Shown: piece after piece, positions 1 through 10,630 of the stretch
Numbering within the stretch: the stretch's first letter is position 1
Layout: every line of letters begins with the position of its first letter
NCBI RefSeq assembly: GCF_006345805.1
Contig: NW_021833521.1
Span: 1 to 28,549, forward strand
Direction of reading: 5' to 3'
Origin: Octopus sinensis
Taxonomy: Eukaryota
DNA: 28,549 bases
Notes under the pieces: generated by a model
The model's database searches: none
Seen by the model: only the letters and a program-made list of their open reading frames with translations
What the model was told of the DNA's origin: nothing
Translations under genes and position numbers: made by a program

Positions 1-971
1 AATATATACATTTGTATACATATCACACACGCACACACACACACACACGCACACACACACACACACAGACGCACGCACACAATTGTTGGTTTAACAAGGA
101 TGTGATGGTTATCTGATGAGCTAGTTTTCTTCATCTACATTGATTTGTGAACATACAATTTTCTTGTATAATGTATAACATATATATTAGTGCAGATATG
201 TAAACATAATTTATTATAAATAGAACGAAATTATTATTATATCAAGAAAGCTGCGAAACGGCCGTAATCCTAAGGATAGCAAGTGGTTTACTAAATATAT
301 TCACTTCTCATACTTCCTGACATTTTATCGTTTATATACTTGACTGATCTTTAAAATAATGTAGATGCCTCTATAAGGATCAGTACTTTCATTGCATTAA
401 GCAGATGAATGGTGAATATATCCGGGATAAAAGAGAAAAATACAGGAAGCTTGTTAAAAAAATGACCTGATTACAATACCTGGAGTAAGTCATGTCTACC
501 GCAAATGACCAACGATGAAAAAACCTATGAGCAGACTCTCGTTCTGCTAGGTGTAACTGTCAGATTTCTCTCAGATCAGACCCTGGAGTAATGTCTTAAG
601 TCATGCTTTGGGACTCATAGATCACTCGAGCAGCGGGTTGTTTCTTTACTGAAATATATCCGGGTGTCCGCGTGGGTTGTTAAATATTTCTTGGAAGAAA
701 CTTCACCATACCATTCGAATATTATGTTTAAATGTTTTTTTGTTTTTAGGATAATGCTGAACAAAGCGGGACCAGTTGTGATAAAAACGTTGTGTCGCAA
801 AGTTATGAAAATTTGAGCTCGATTTTTGTAGGGCATCTTTGGCTTGGGACCTAGGCTAAGATGACTTATGAACTGGAGAATGTTGATGGAATATTTTACA
901 CATTGTATAAATGATGTAGCGACCACAGTGGCAAGGGGGAGAAAAGAGTTTTCTTAGGAAATCTCGATAGA

Positions 972-1363
972 TAAGGCCTATCGTACTATGAGCTGGCAGA
1001 ATCGTTAGCACGCTGGGCAAAATGCTTAGAGGTATTTCGTCTGCCGCTACGTTCTGAGTTCAAATTCCGCCGAGGTCGACTTTGCCTTTCATCCTTTTGG
1101 GGTCGATATAATCGACTTAATCCGTTTGTCTGTCCTTGTTTTTCCTCTCTGTGTTTAGTCCCTTGTGGGTAGTAAAGAAATAGGTATTTCGTCTGCCGTT
1201 ACGTTCTGAGTTCAAATTCCGCTGAGGTCGATTTTGCTTTTCATCCTTTCAGGGTCGATAAAAGAGGTACCATTTGAGTACTGATGTCGATATAATCGAC
1301 TGTCCCCCTCCCCCCACTTTCAGGTTTTATGCCAATAGCGGAAAGTATTATTATTATTATTAT
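972..1363 (+). mobile_element. SINE family A, dimeric copy with internal deletion
   Basis: tRNA-like head (GAGCTGGCAGAATCGTTAG; B-box GAGTTCAAATTCC), core GACTTTGCCTTTCATCCTTT.GGGGTCGAT present twice, linker TTAATCCGTTTGTCTGTCC, (TTA)n tail; many similar copies in the window. Confidence 0.9.
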
Positions 1364-1370
1364 AATTAGA

Positions 1371-1679
1371 CAAGGTGTCGAGCTGGCAGAATCGTTAGCA
1401 CGCTGGGCGAAATGCTTATATAATCGACTTAATCCGTTTGTCTGTCCTTGTTTGTCCCTTCTGTGTTTAGCCCCTTGTGGGTAGTAAACAAATAAGTAAT
1501 TCGTCTGCCGCTACGTTCTGAGTTCAAATTCCGCCGAGGTCGACTTTGCCTTTCATCCTTTCCGGGTCGATTAAATAAGTACCAGTTACGCACTGGGGTC
1601 GATATAATCGACTATCCCCTCCCCCAAAATTGCTGCCCTTCTGGCACAATTTGCAACTATTATTATTGTTATTATTATT
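1371..1679 (+). mobile_element. SINE family A, dimeric copy with internal deletion
   Basis: Head AAGGTGTCGAGCTGGCAGAATCG joined directly to ATAATCGACTTAATCCG linker, then a second body and TTA tail. Confidence 0.9.
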
Positions 1680-2142
1680 GAGTGAGAGAGCAGTTCATGC
1701 CATCAAAGTGACACTGGGGTAAAATATACGAAGCCCAATATACCCATCATGACTACCCGTCTGATAAAGGTACACCAGGCACATGCATCACAACCATATG
1801 TGCGCGACATGGTGATCTCATATCAAGATAAACAGCACATGACCTTGCAGGTGGGCCCAGTTAGAATTTTCTTCAGGTAGTAGCCCATCCCGCTCAAAAG
1901 GTCCCTGAATAAGGTTGGGTTAAGGATGTTGAAAGAACCACCCATGTTTCCAGAGGAACTATTCAAACCCAAAGAATCCTCTCAACACATTGCTATGATG
2001 CTCCCCCACTACTTCTGCTCATGATCAGAGATGCACATATCGTCAGCCACTAAGGGACATGCTCAACTGGTTAAGGTCAAACAACTGACAAGCAAATCTG
2101 TGGTATTGAGCAGAATATTTGCTGTAGCCCATCTTTTATACC
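1680..2142 (-). mobile_element. Non-autonomous ~560-bp repeat (family D), truncated copy 1
   Basis: High similarity to 9592-10021 and to the reverse complement of 26857-27414; flanked by TTA repeats on both sides. Confidence 0.9.
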
Positions 2143-2182
<40 letters not shown>

Positions 2183-2185
2183 TAC

Positions 2186-2248
<63 letters not shown>

Positions 2249-2262
2249 CATCATTATTATTA
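2143..2262. repeat. (TTA)n microsatellite
   Basis: About 40 TTA units; source of the poly-Ile ORFs in the track. Confidence 0.98.
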
Positions 2263-2459
2263 GTGTTCAATAAATCAGTAGCCCACAGAATTTATGCTGT
2301 ACAAATATTAATACCAAAACTTATGCAACTCCGTGGGGCTATAGATGGGACCCAGGTTATTTGTGTTCAAATGTGAAAGTTACTAAACTACCACTACAAA
2401 TTTTCACGTGAATAGAAATATTGACTTTCTATATAAAGCGAAAACAAGAAGGAAGATAC

Positions 2460-2623
2460 TTGACATCGCTTCAAACACTGTTTGAATATTGCATTGATTG
2501 TTTTTGACATCATCCAAACCACAAAGTGTTGAAGTTTATCCATCTTTGCATACACGCAGTGAACAGTATAGCCAGAATTGGAAAAGAACTCTGGAAGTAT
2601 TCCCAAAGTCCAAAGAAGCACAT
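2460..2623 (-). CDS. Candidate internal coding exon, unknown protein
   Basis: Minus strand acceptor GCTAAGTAACTTCTTTAG|, one open frame (VLLWTLGILPEFFSNSGYTVHCVYAKMDKLQHFVVWMMSKTINAIFKQCLKRCQ), weak donor CAA|GTATCT; no family recognised. Confidence 0.3.
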
Positions 2624-2725
2624 CTAAAGAAGTTACTTAGCTGTAATGCAACTGAACGTTAGGTGAAATACTTTCTGCGAATGAGAAGAAATTTTTGCCT
2701 GGTTAAGTTATCAGAATGCTTTTAC

Positions 2726-2776
2726 TTAAAAAGATATGCCTTAGCAATCCAGAATCATGAAATAACAGCAACATAT
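2726..2776 (-). CDS. Candidate 51-nt coding exon, unknown protein
   Basis: Acceptor TTTCTATCCCTTTTCTCCATCAG|, donor TAA|GTAAAA, open frame MLLLFHDSGLLRHIFL, phase-compatible with 2460-2623 across a 102-nt GT-AG intron. Confidence 0.3.
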
Positions 2777-3401
2777 CTGATGGAGAAAAGGGATAGAAAT
2801 GCAGGTAAATACAACTAAACAGATGAATATGCAAAAAAATCTGTGAAATTAATTCTACAATGTTGCTATCTAACAGAAAAAGTGTCGTGGTGAATCTACT
2901 TATAAGGTATAATGTTTGGCCAAGACACTGTACATTGCAATGAGTACAAAGAATAGTTCCGACGAACAAAATAAAGTTAATTATTTTGAAGGAATATTCG
3001 CTGATATAAAATAATACTGGTGAGATGTTACTTTCGAAACATTTCTACAATGTGGGTACAACCCAGATAAAATGAGAAAAGTGTGCACAGTAGTAAAAAC
3101 AGCTGTCCAGCATACAACTTACTGTTAAAGCTAAAAGAAAAAAAAAACAACTTATGCTGACACACTACTGGGATATTCGTTTATGTAACTAACTGTCTAA
3201 ACGCTAGGCTTGAGAAAACTGCATACCGATACTGGAAATCTCTCTGACATCTAAAACTGTTCCCTTCTAACACTCTGTTTGGTACTGCCTAAGACTATCC
3301 ACAAGGTTTCATGAGAGTTATTGTTCTTATTCTTACTTTACTTTTACGAACTGTTAACGCAAACATTTCATACTTTCCCCCTTTCTTTGCTTGACCTAGA
3401 G

Positions 3402-3620
3402 CAGTGGTTTTCAACCAGGGTTCCGCGGAACTTTAGAGTTCCGCCAGTGCAGTCTAGGGGTTCCGCAAGAAGTTACAAAACTGCTAAAATCGGCAGTAAT
3501 TTTTAATTCCCCTGTGCAGATATGTGTGCATAAGACTATTAGATTATTGCACAGGGGTTCCTCAAACCAGTGGAATGTTTCCTTGGGGTTCCGTTCCAGC
3601 AAGAAGGTTCAAAAGCACTG
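3402..3620. mobile_element. hAT (Charlie-like) MITE, 219 bp
   Basis: Imperfect TIRs CAGTGGTTTTCAACC / GGTTCAAAAGCACTG; perfect 8-bp TSD ACCTAGAG at 3394-3401 and 3621-3628; internal GGGGTTCC motifs. Confidence 0.93.
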
Positions 3621-4291
3621 ACCTAGAGGATGAGAAGTGGAGTCCTAGAAAGGTATGCTCAGTTGCTCATTATCACTGAAGAACCACCATATTAGTGACT
3701 GTAACTTCTGATTCGTCCTAACATCTAACTTAGTCGCACCCCATCGCTACAAACCTTGGAATTTTGCAGGTTTGTGATGATATGACGCAAGTATAAATTA
3801 AATTTAAATGAGAGAGGGAGGGAGAGAGAGAAGTATGCGTTCGGCTGCTCTCTCATTCTGACCTACCTTGATTCAGAAGTTTTGATGGTTGACGATAAAT
3901 CTTGATGAAGGGAAGACCAGGCCATACAAGGTGTTTCGTTGCATTTTGTAATGCTTTTTGACCGCTCAACACATTAATCTTATATTCCATTGAGTCTACC
4001 CATGTCTGTTCTTACCATGGTAGAATAGACATAGGTTAACAGTCGAGGTATTTGAGAGCATTCATCTAATTTACTCAACCTGCGAAAAGGATTTGTCGGA
4101 GTGTGGTCACTGCGTATGTTACAGCTTCTTGAGACACAGGAGAGAGATAGGTAGAAAGCAGAGAGGAAAAATGCAGAGCTTGTCCCCAAGAGAACACAAA
4201 GAGGAAGCTCCAACTTGAACAGGCCGTACAGCAAAAAAGACACACACAGACGTATGTGGTCTGTCCTTACTTACATACATAAACACACACA

Positions 4292-4372
<81 letters not shown>

Positions 4373-4373
4373 A

Positions 4374-5220
4374 TGCTATAGTAACGAAGCCAAAGCACGC
4401 AGAATAAAGCCGCTAGGTAAATATTGACTTTGAACTCTGCCGTGCATGCGCCCTAAATTGTAACGTTCTGGTTCACTTCCGCTGTTTACAGTAATAATTG
4501 GAAGGAAGGTATGTAGCGTGTAATCGTTGCATTGACTACGACAGAAAGTTGTCATGGCGATACCTGCCCAGAGGCCTACGTTAATTTGCAGAAAGTGTAC
4601 GGAGAGGAAGTTATGAGCTGCACACAAGTGTACGAGTGATTTAGACATTTCAAAGATGGCCGGAAAAATGTCGATATTGATGGACGTTCTCAGAGACTCG
4701 CAACCAGCAGAACTGAGGAAAACATCACATATATGCGTGCAGCTGTGAGGGGAAATCGTCGAATCACCACCCGTGAGTTATCAGACGATGCGCAGATTAG
4801 TTACGCTACAGTTCAGTCCAATATCACTGAAGATTTGGGTATGAGATGAGTGTCTGCCAAGTTCATACCAAAACTGCTTTCAGATAACCACAATGATACT
4901 GGGGTTTCAGTTGCGCAAAATCTCCTTGATTGTGTCGTGAACGATGAAAACTTTTTGAAGACTTTGCGTAGGCCTCTGAAATGGTATCGCCAAGCATTTG
5001 ACAAATGCTCAACTTTTTTCTGTCATTGTCAATGCGACGATCACACGCTACACACCTCTCCTCCAATCACTGCTATAAACAGCGGAAGTAAGTTAGAACG
5101 TTAAAACTTAGTGCGCATGCAGAACAGAGTTGAAGATCAATCTGTGCCAAGCGGCTTCACTTTGCATACTTTCACTTTGTTTCTGTAGCAACAGTCCGGA
5201 TACTTATTGATCAGACCACG
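4374..5220 (+). mobile_element. Mariner-derived fold-back element with decayed transposase N-terminus
   Basis: 4556-4966 translates, with stops, to GDTCPEAYVNLQKVYGEEVMSCTQVYE*FRHFKDGRKNV...RRITTRELSDDAQISYATVQSNITEDLGMR*VSAKFIPKLL (mariner HTH region); inverted arms 4374-4580 / 4967-5190; terminal sequence reads CGTGGTCTGATCAATAAGTATCCGGAC on the minus strand from 5220. Confidence 0.9.
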
Positions 5221-5720
5221 ATAGTGTATGTGTAAACAGATATATTCAAGTTTGATACATATTCTTTTTAGCCTTATCTATCTATTTATTGGAGCTGTCG
5301 ATGATCTTCAAATATTGTTTACTTGGATTTGCCCATATCAAAATTCCTCAAGATCCTATCGTTTCTGAGCTTATCCAAACTTATCTTCAGAATGATATAC
5401 GTTCAATTGTCCAATCAGATGCCCGATTGTACAGAAGAATACTGAAGATACTGCGGAATATTTGCTTAATGATTTCATATATCCTGGTTTACAACCAATG
5501 CATTTAATCGGGTATTTCAATGCCTTCACTTAAGATAAGTGAAAATATCAAGTACATATTCTGGAGTATTACATTACAGACCACTCCACACACACACACG
5601 CACACACACACACGCGCGCGCGCATACACACACACCACACACACACACAGCTCCGCATATCACGGTCTTCTTGATTTTTCTTTTTCCCTCTTTCATTCGA
5701 AGCAATTACGTACATAAATA

Positions 5721-6138
5721 TGCGCAGGAGTGGCTCTGTGGTAAGTAGCTTGCTTACCAGCCACATGGTTCCGGGTTCAGTCCCACTGCGTGTGGCATCT
5801 TGGGCTAGTGTCTTCTGCTATAGCCTCAGGCCGACCAATGCCTTGTGAGTGGATTTGGTAGACGGAAACTGAAAAAAGCCTGCCGTATATATGTTTATAT
5901 ATATGTATGTGTGTGTATGTTTGTGTGTCTGTGTTTGTCCCCTTAGCATTGCTTGACAACCTATGCTGGTGTGTTTACGTCCCCGTCACTTAGCGGTTCG
6001 GCAAAAGAGACCGATAGAATAAGTACTGGGCTTACAAAGAATAAGTCCCGGGGTCGATTTGCTCGACTAAAGGCGGTGCTCCAGCATGGCCGCGGTAAAA
6101 TGACTGAAACAAGTAAAAGAGTAAAAAGAGTAAAGAGT
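5721..6138 (+). mobile_element. SINE family B (tRNA head, internal CA/TG tract), near full length
   Basis: Head GCGCAGGAGTGGCTCTGTGGTAAG, B-box-like GGGTTCAGTCCC, 3' end GGTGCTCCAGCATGGCCG and GTAAAAGA tail; related pieces at 22715, 26410 and 28085. Confidence 0.88.
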
Positions 6139-6324
6139 ATGTGTCAAACATAGACACATATATATGCGTGTGTGCATGCATGCATGCGTGCGTGCGTGCG
6201 TGTGTGTGCCTGTATGTTTGCGTGTGTGTGTTCTGGTTTTTCCTGCACGAATATGATTAGAGTGCTCAATACATGAGCCGAAACTGTCATGTTAGTGACA
6301 AACAAAATTTTTCTAGTAAAATTT

Positions 6325-6351
6325 ATATATATATATATATATATATATCTA

Positions 6352-6400
<49 letters not shown>

Positions 6401-6471
6401 ATACATAGATATATATATATACATACACATATATATATATATGCATACATACATATATATATATACATATA

Positions 6472-6503
<32 letters not shown>

Positions 6504-6516
6504 CATACATATATAT

Positions 6517-6609
<93 letters not shown>

Positions 6610-6679
6610 TATATATATATATATCTGTCCATATATGCATAAACCACCCATATATATGCACGTATGTACATATATAGGC

Positions 6680-6730
<51 letters not shown>
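6325..6730. repeat. Compound (TA)n/(TACA)n microsatellite
   Basis: Direct reading. Confidence 0.97.
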
Positions 6731-7066
6731 CAGGGTTAAAAGGTAAAGACAATTCCGTCATAAGTGATCATGGGATGGCACCTGGAGAGTTCTCCTCCGA
6801 GGCTATGTTGTTTATGGAGGACCAGCTGTCACCCTAGCATACGAGTCTCTCCTCCCCACATCACTGATGTTATCCGAGGGAAAAGCAAAGGCCGATACAG
6901 CTTGGTACCAGTGATGTCGAAACTAATTTCTACAGCTGAGTGAACTTTAGCAACGTGAAATAAAGTGTATTGCTGAAGAACACAACGCACAGCCCGGTTC
7001 GAGAATCGAACCCACTACTTCATGATTGGGAGCCCGACGCTCTAATCACTGAGCCAAGCATCTTCA
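6731..7066 (-). mobile_element. SINE family C (tRNA head, V-domain-like core)
   Basis: Reverse complement starts GTGAAGATGCTTGGCTCAGTGATTAGAGCG (A box), GGTTCGATTCTC (B box), then GTGTTCTTCAGCAATACACTTTATTTCAC; similar to 12307-12665. The V-domain label is from recall. Confidence 0.85.
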
Positions 7067-7166
7067 CACATACACTCACACACGCACATACAGACACACA
7101 CACAGATATATATATGTATGTATGTCTTCAACTGAATCTTAATTATATATGTACATATATATATAT

Positions 7167-7213
<47 letters not shown>

Positions 7214-7244
7214 GATTCAGTTGAAGATATAAATACATGTATAT

Positions 7245-7288
<44 letters not shown>

Positions 7289-7419
7289 ACACACAGACAC
7301 ACACATATATATATAATCGATTTCGACGTATGAGTATTTGAATGAGAGATTTAAAAAAAACAAATAAAAGAAAAATGTGAGACAAAGAAAAATCGACTTT
7401 AAAAATAAAAGAATAAAAA

Positions 7420-7960
7420 AGAGGCTACATGCGTGAATGTAATTTGAGTCTCGGTATGGATTTTCCTGTGAGGTCGCAATGGGGACATTGATGATTTTGA
7501 TTTTGCCTGGGATTGGCCAAACATGTCTGTTGACTGTAGCATATAATTCTTTCATCGTTCTTTTTCTTCAACAGAAACTGTTTTGATGTATCATCACACA
7601 TCTTACACTATGCAGATTGATCTAGGCATTGATTTTCCCAAGATGTTAAATTAAGATGTATAGAGGCTTTAGTGATGATTGCTTCAACTTACCTTTGTAC
7701 TTAAGGACAGGTCTTCTCTTGCTGCGGTATCCCTTTGCTTGTTGTCCATACATAAAAAAGTTTCGGAATTCGATCATCTTTCATTCGTACATGTCCTACT
7801 CATCTGCGCTGAATTCCCGTCAGCATACTTTTTGATGCTGGTGATATCACATTTTTCTAAGATTGTGACATTGGATGAACTTGATAAGCGCATTCAAAGA
7901 TATTCCATGTGGCGCACCATTTGTGAATCACTGAACAAATCCATGAGTATGTTTGAATAA
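7420..7960 (-). mobile_element. RTE-clade LINE, decayed 3' end of ORF
   Basis: With frameshifts reads NVTILEKCDITSI / SMLTGIQRR*VGHVRMKDDRIPKL / MYGQQAKGYRSKRRPVLKYKGKLKQ and a C-terminal CPHCDLTGKS...KLHSRM, matching the RTE post-RT region (W.GHV.RM...R.PK...YG). Confidence 0.8.
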
Positions 7961-8175
7961 GTAGTATGGTGCCATTTTGGAATTATTTGGATGATATCCG
8001 TAACTAGTCGAGCAACAGCACAGCGGTTCCAATATTAACTCTGAGAGATACTTCATTGGCTTGCTTTCATTATTTATTCTGAGTTGCGAACAAAGGCAAC
8101 AAACTGGAAGAATTTTTTAGCGTGTCAAAAAAAAAAAAAAGGAAAGATGCTTAGTGACATTCCTTCCGGTTCTTT

Positions 8176-8750
8176 ACATGCAACGTTCAAATTCCGCAGA
8201 AGTTGACTATGTCTTTTATCCTTTCAAGATCAATAAAAAAACGAAGGCGGCGAGCCGGCAGAAACGTTAGCACGTCGGGTGAAATGATAAGCGGTATTTC
8301 GTCTGCCGTTACGTTCTGAGTTCAAACTCTGTCGAGGTCGACTTTGCCTTTCATCTTTTCGGAGTCGAAAATTAAGTACCAGTTATGCGCTGGAGTCGAT
8401 GTAATCGACTTAATCCGCTTGTCTGTCCTTGTTTGTCCCCTCTATGTTTAGCCCCTTGTGGGTAATAAAGAAATAGGTATTTCGTCTGTCTTTACGTTTT
8501 GAGTTCAAATTCCGCCGAGGTGGACTTTGCCTGTCAAACTTTCGGAGTCAATAAATTAAGTACCTGTTGCGTACTGGGGTTGATCTAATCAACTGCCCCC
8601 TCCCCCAAAATTTCAGGCCTTGTGCCTAGAGTAAAAATAAGATCAATAAAATAAGTACCAGTTGAGCACTGGAGTCGATGTAATCGATTCAGCCCCTCCC
8701 TTTAAATTGCTGTCCTTGTAGCACCATTTGAAACCATTATTATCATTATT
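8176..8750 (+). mobile_element. SINE A dimer (8243-8638) nested in an older SINE A monomer (8176-8238 plus 8639-8750)
   Basis: Host halves are collinear when joined; 13-bp direct repeat AAGATCAATAAAA at 8226-8238 and 8639-8651. Confidence 0.82.
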
Positions 8751-9040
8751 AAAGGCGTCGAGTTAGTAAATTTCAGGCCTTGTGCCTAAAGTAGAAAGGA
8801 TTATTATTATTAAAGGTGGTGAGCTAGCAGAATCGTTAGTACGCCGGGCAAAATGCTTAGCAGTATTTTATCAGTTGCTACGTTCTGAGTTCAAATTCTG
8901 CAGGTGTCGACTTTGCCTTTCATCCTTTCGGGGTCGACAAATTAAGTACCAGTGAAACACTGGCGTCGATGTAATTGACTAGTCCCCCTCCCTCTACAAT
9001 TTCAGTTCTTGTGCCTTTAGCAGAAAGGATTGTTATTATT
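8751..9040 (+). mobile_element. SINE A head-plus-tail mini copy (8751-8810) and monomer (8811-9040)
   Basis: AAAGGCGTCGAG joined to AAATTTCAGGCCTTGTGCC tail; then a full monomer ending GCAGAAAGGATTGTTATT. Confidence 0.85.
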
Positions 9041-9044
9041 TTTA

Positions 9045-9575
9045 ATTCGGGTTTCTTTGGGATACATGGGGTCTTGCATAATACCATGATATCTGTTCTT
9101 CACATCTAATACTTCCTTGATTAATCTAACGTGCCAAGCAGGCAAACCTTTTGTAACAGTTCTACTGGGCACTCTATTCCAATTTCCTTGATATTCCTCT
9201 TGATATCTTCTGATACCGTCTACAAGGACTAACAACAATTGACACTATCTTCAACTTCATCATTTTCCATAGCCGGGCTATTTCTTAGTTAAGTGGATTG
9301 TATTTATCTATATATTTCTTTCGCCTTCCTTCTTGATTACTCAAGATTCAAAAGGCACGCAATATAACTATATAGCTAGGTCCGGTTTGTTATAACTCTG
9401 GCATATGATCTGTTCGGATTGGGAAATCCAACTGGATCTTTCAGGTCTCCGACTCCACCATTTGCTGCAATTTGTGCTCATACCACGTCTTGCCTCTCTC
9501 TAGCCCCCTCCCCCACTTCTTACACAGTTTCCAATGTAGGTTTTGGGTAAGTCTAGGGTATTCGTTCATGACTAT
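9045..9575 (-). mobile_element. R4/Dong-like non-LTR retrotransposon, decayed 3' end with restriction-like endonuclease region
   Basis: Minus strand reads LHWKLCKKW...RGKTWYEHK...KIQLDFPIRTDH / NKPDLAI / EIARLWKM / KEIGIECPVELLQKVCLLGT / RLIKEVLD with stops and frameshifts, motifs typical of RLE-type LINE C-termini. Confidence 0.85.
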
Positions 9576-9591
9576 GATTATTGTCATTATT

Positions 9592-10021
9592 GAGTGAGAG
9601 AGCAGCGCATGCCATCAAAGTGACACTGGAGTAAAAATATACAAAGCCCAGTATACCCATCATGACTACCAGTCTGATAAATGTACACCAGGCACAGGCA
9701 TCACAACCATATGTGCGCGACATGGTGATCTCATATCAAGATAAACATCGCATGACTTTGCAAGTAGGACCCAGTTAGAATTTTCTTCAGGTCGAGTAGC
9801 CCATCTCGCTCAAGTGGTCCCTGAAAAAGGGTTGCCTAAAGATGCTGAATGAAACACCCCTGTTTCCAGAGGTGAATTATTCAAACTCCATATAAATTTA
9901 TCTCAACACATAGCTATGATGCTCGTGATCAGAGATGCACATATCGTCAGCCACTAAGGGACATGCTCGACTGGTTAAGATCGAACAACTGACAAGCAAA
10001 TCTGTGGTATTGAGTAGAATC
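9592..10021 (-). mobile_element. Family D repeat, truncated copy 2
   Basis: Aligns to 1680-2120; begins GAGTGAGAGAGCAG after a TTA-like tract. Confidence 0.9.
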
Positions 10022-10027
10022 TTTTAT

Positions 10028-10630
10028 GGCAAGCTGGTAGAACCGTTAGCCCGCCAGAAAATTGCTTTACGGCCCAAGTTCAAATTCTGCCGAGGCAGAC
10101 GTCTTTCATCCTTTTGGGGTCGTTAAATGAGTATATGTCGAGTAATCCATTCGATGTAATCAACTTCTCTAGTGCTGACCTTTTGCCAAAATTCGAAACT
10201 ACTAAAGAGGGCGGCGAATTGGCAGGATGGTTACAGTGCTGGATAAAATACTTAGCGGTATTTGGTTCGATTTTACATTCTGAGTTCAAATTCAGCTGAA
10301 GTTGACTTTGCATTTCATCCTTTCAGAGCCTATAAAATAATGAGCACCGGGATAGATATAATCAACTGGTCTCTCCCCACGAAATTTCAACCCCTCTGCT
10401 TATTGTAGAAAGAATTATTATTATTAATAAGGCGGCGAGCTAGCAGAACCGTTGGCCCGACGGCTAAAATGCTTAGCAGCATTTCTTCAAATTCCGACAA
10501 GGCTGACTTTGTCTTTCATCCTTTCGGGGCCGATAAAATAAGTGCCAGTTGAGCACTGGGGACGATGTAATCGATTTACCCGTTCCATCCAGAAGTTGCT
10601 GGCTTTGTGCCAAAATTTGAAATCATTATT
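10028..10630 (+). mobile_element. Three tandem decayed SINE A monomers (10028-10203, 10208-10427, 10429-10630)
   Basis: Each has a GGCG.CGAGCT-like head, a TTCAAATT B-box and a TTTCATCCTTT core; short AT-rich or TTA tails separate them. Confidence 0.8.

Noticed and set aside
113-135. CTGATGAG core, also CTGATGA at 11880
   Set aside because: No downstream stem II or GAAA
750-854. Plus-strand acceptor followed by DNAEQSGTSCDKNVV...LGT*
   Set aside because: Short, no recognisable homology, no linked exon; the overlapping minus ORF 615-926 is also unrecognised
5272-5530. Partly open frames, one interrupted only by TGA codons (selenocysteine or readthrough idea)
   Set aside because: The frame was picked after the fact, I see no SECIS or homology, and several frames are similarly open
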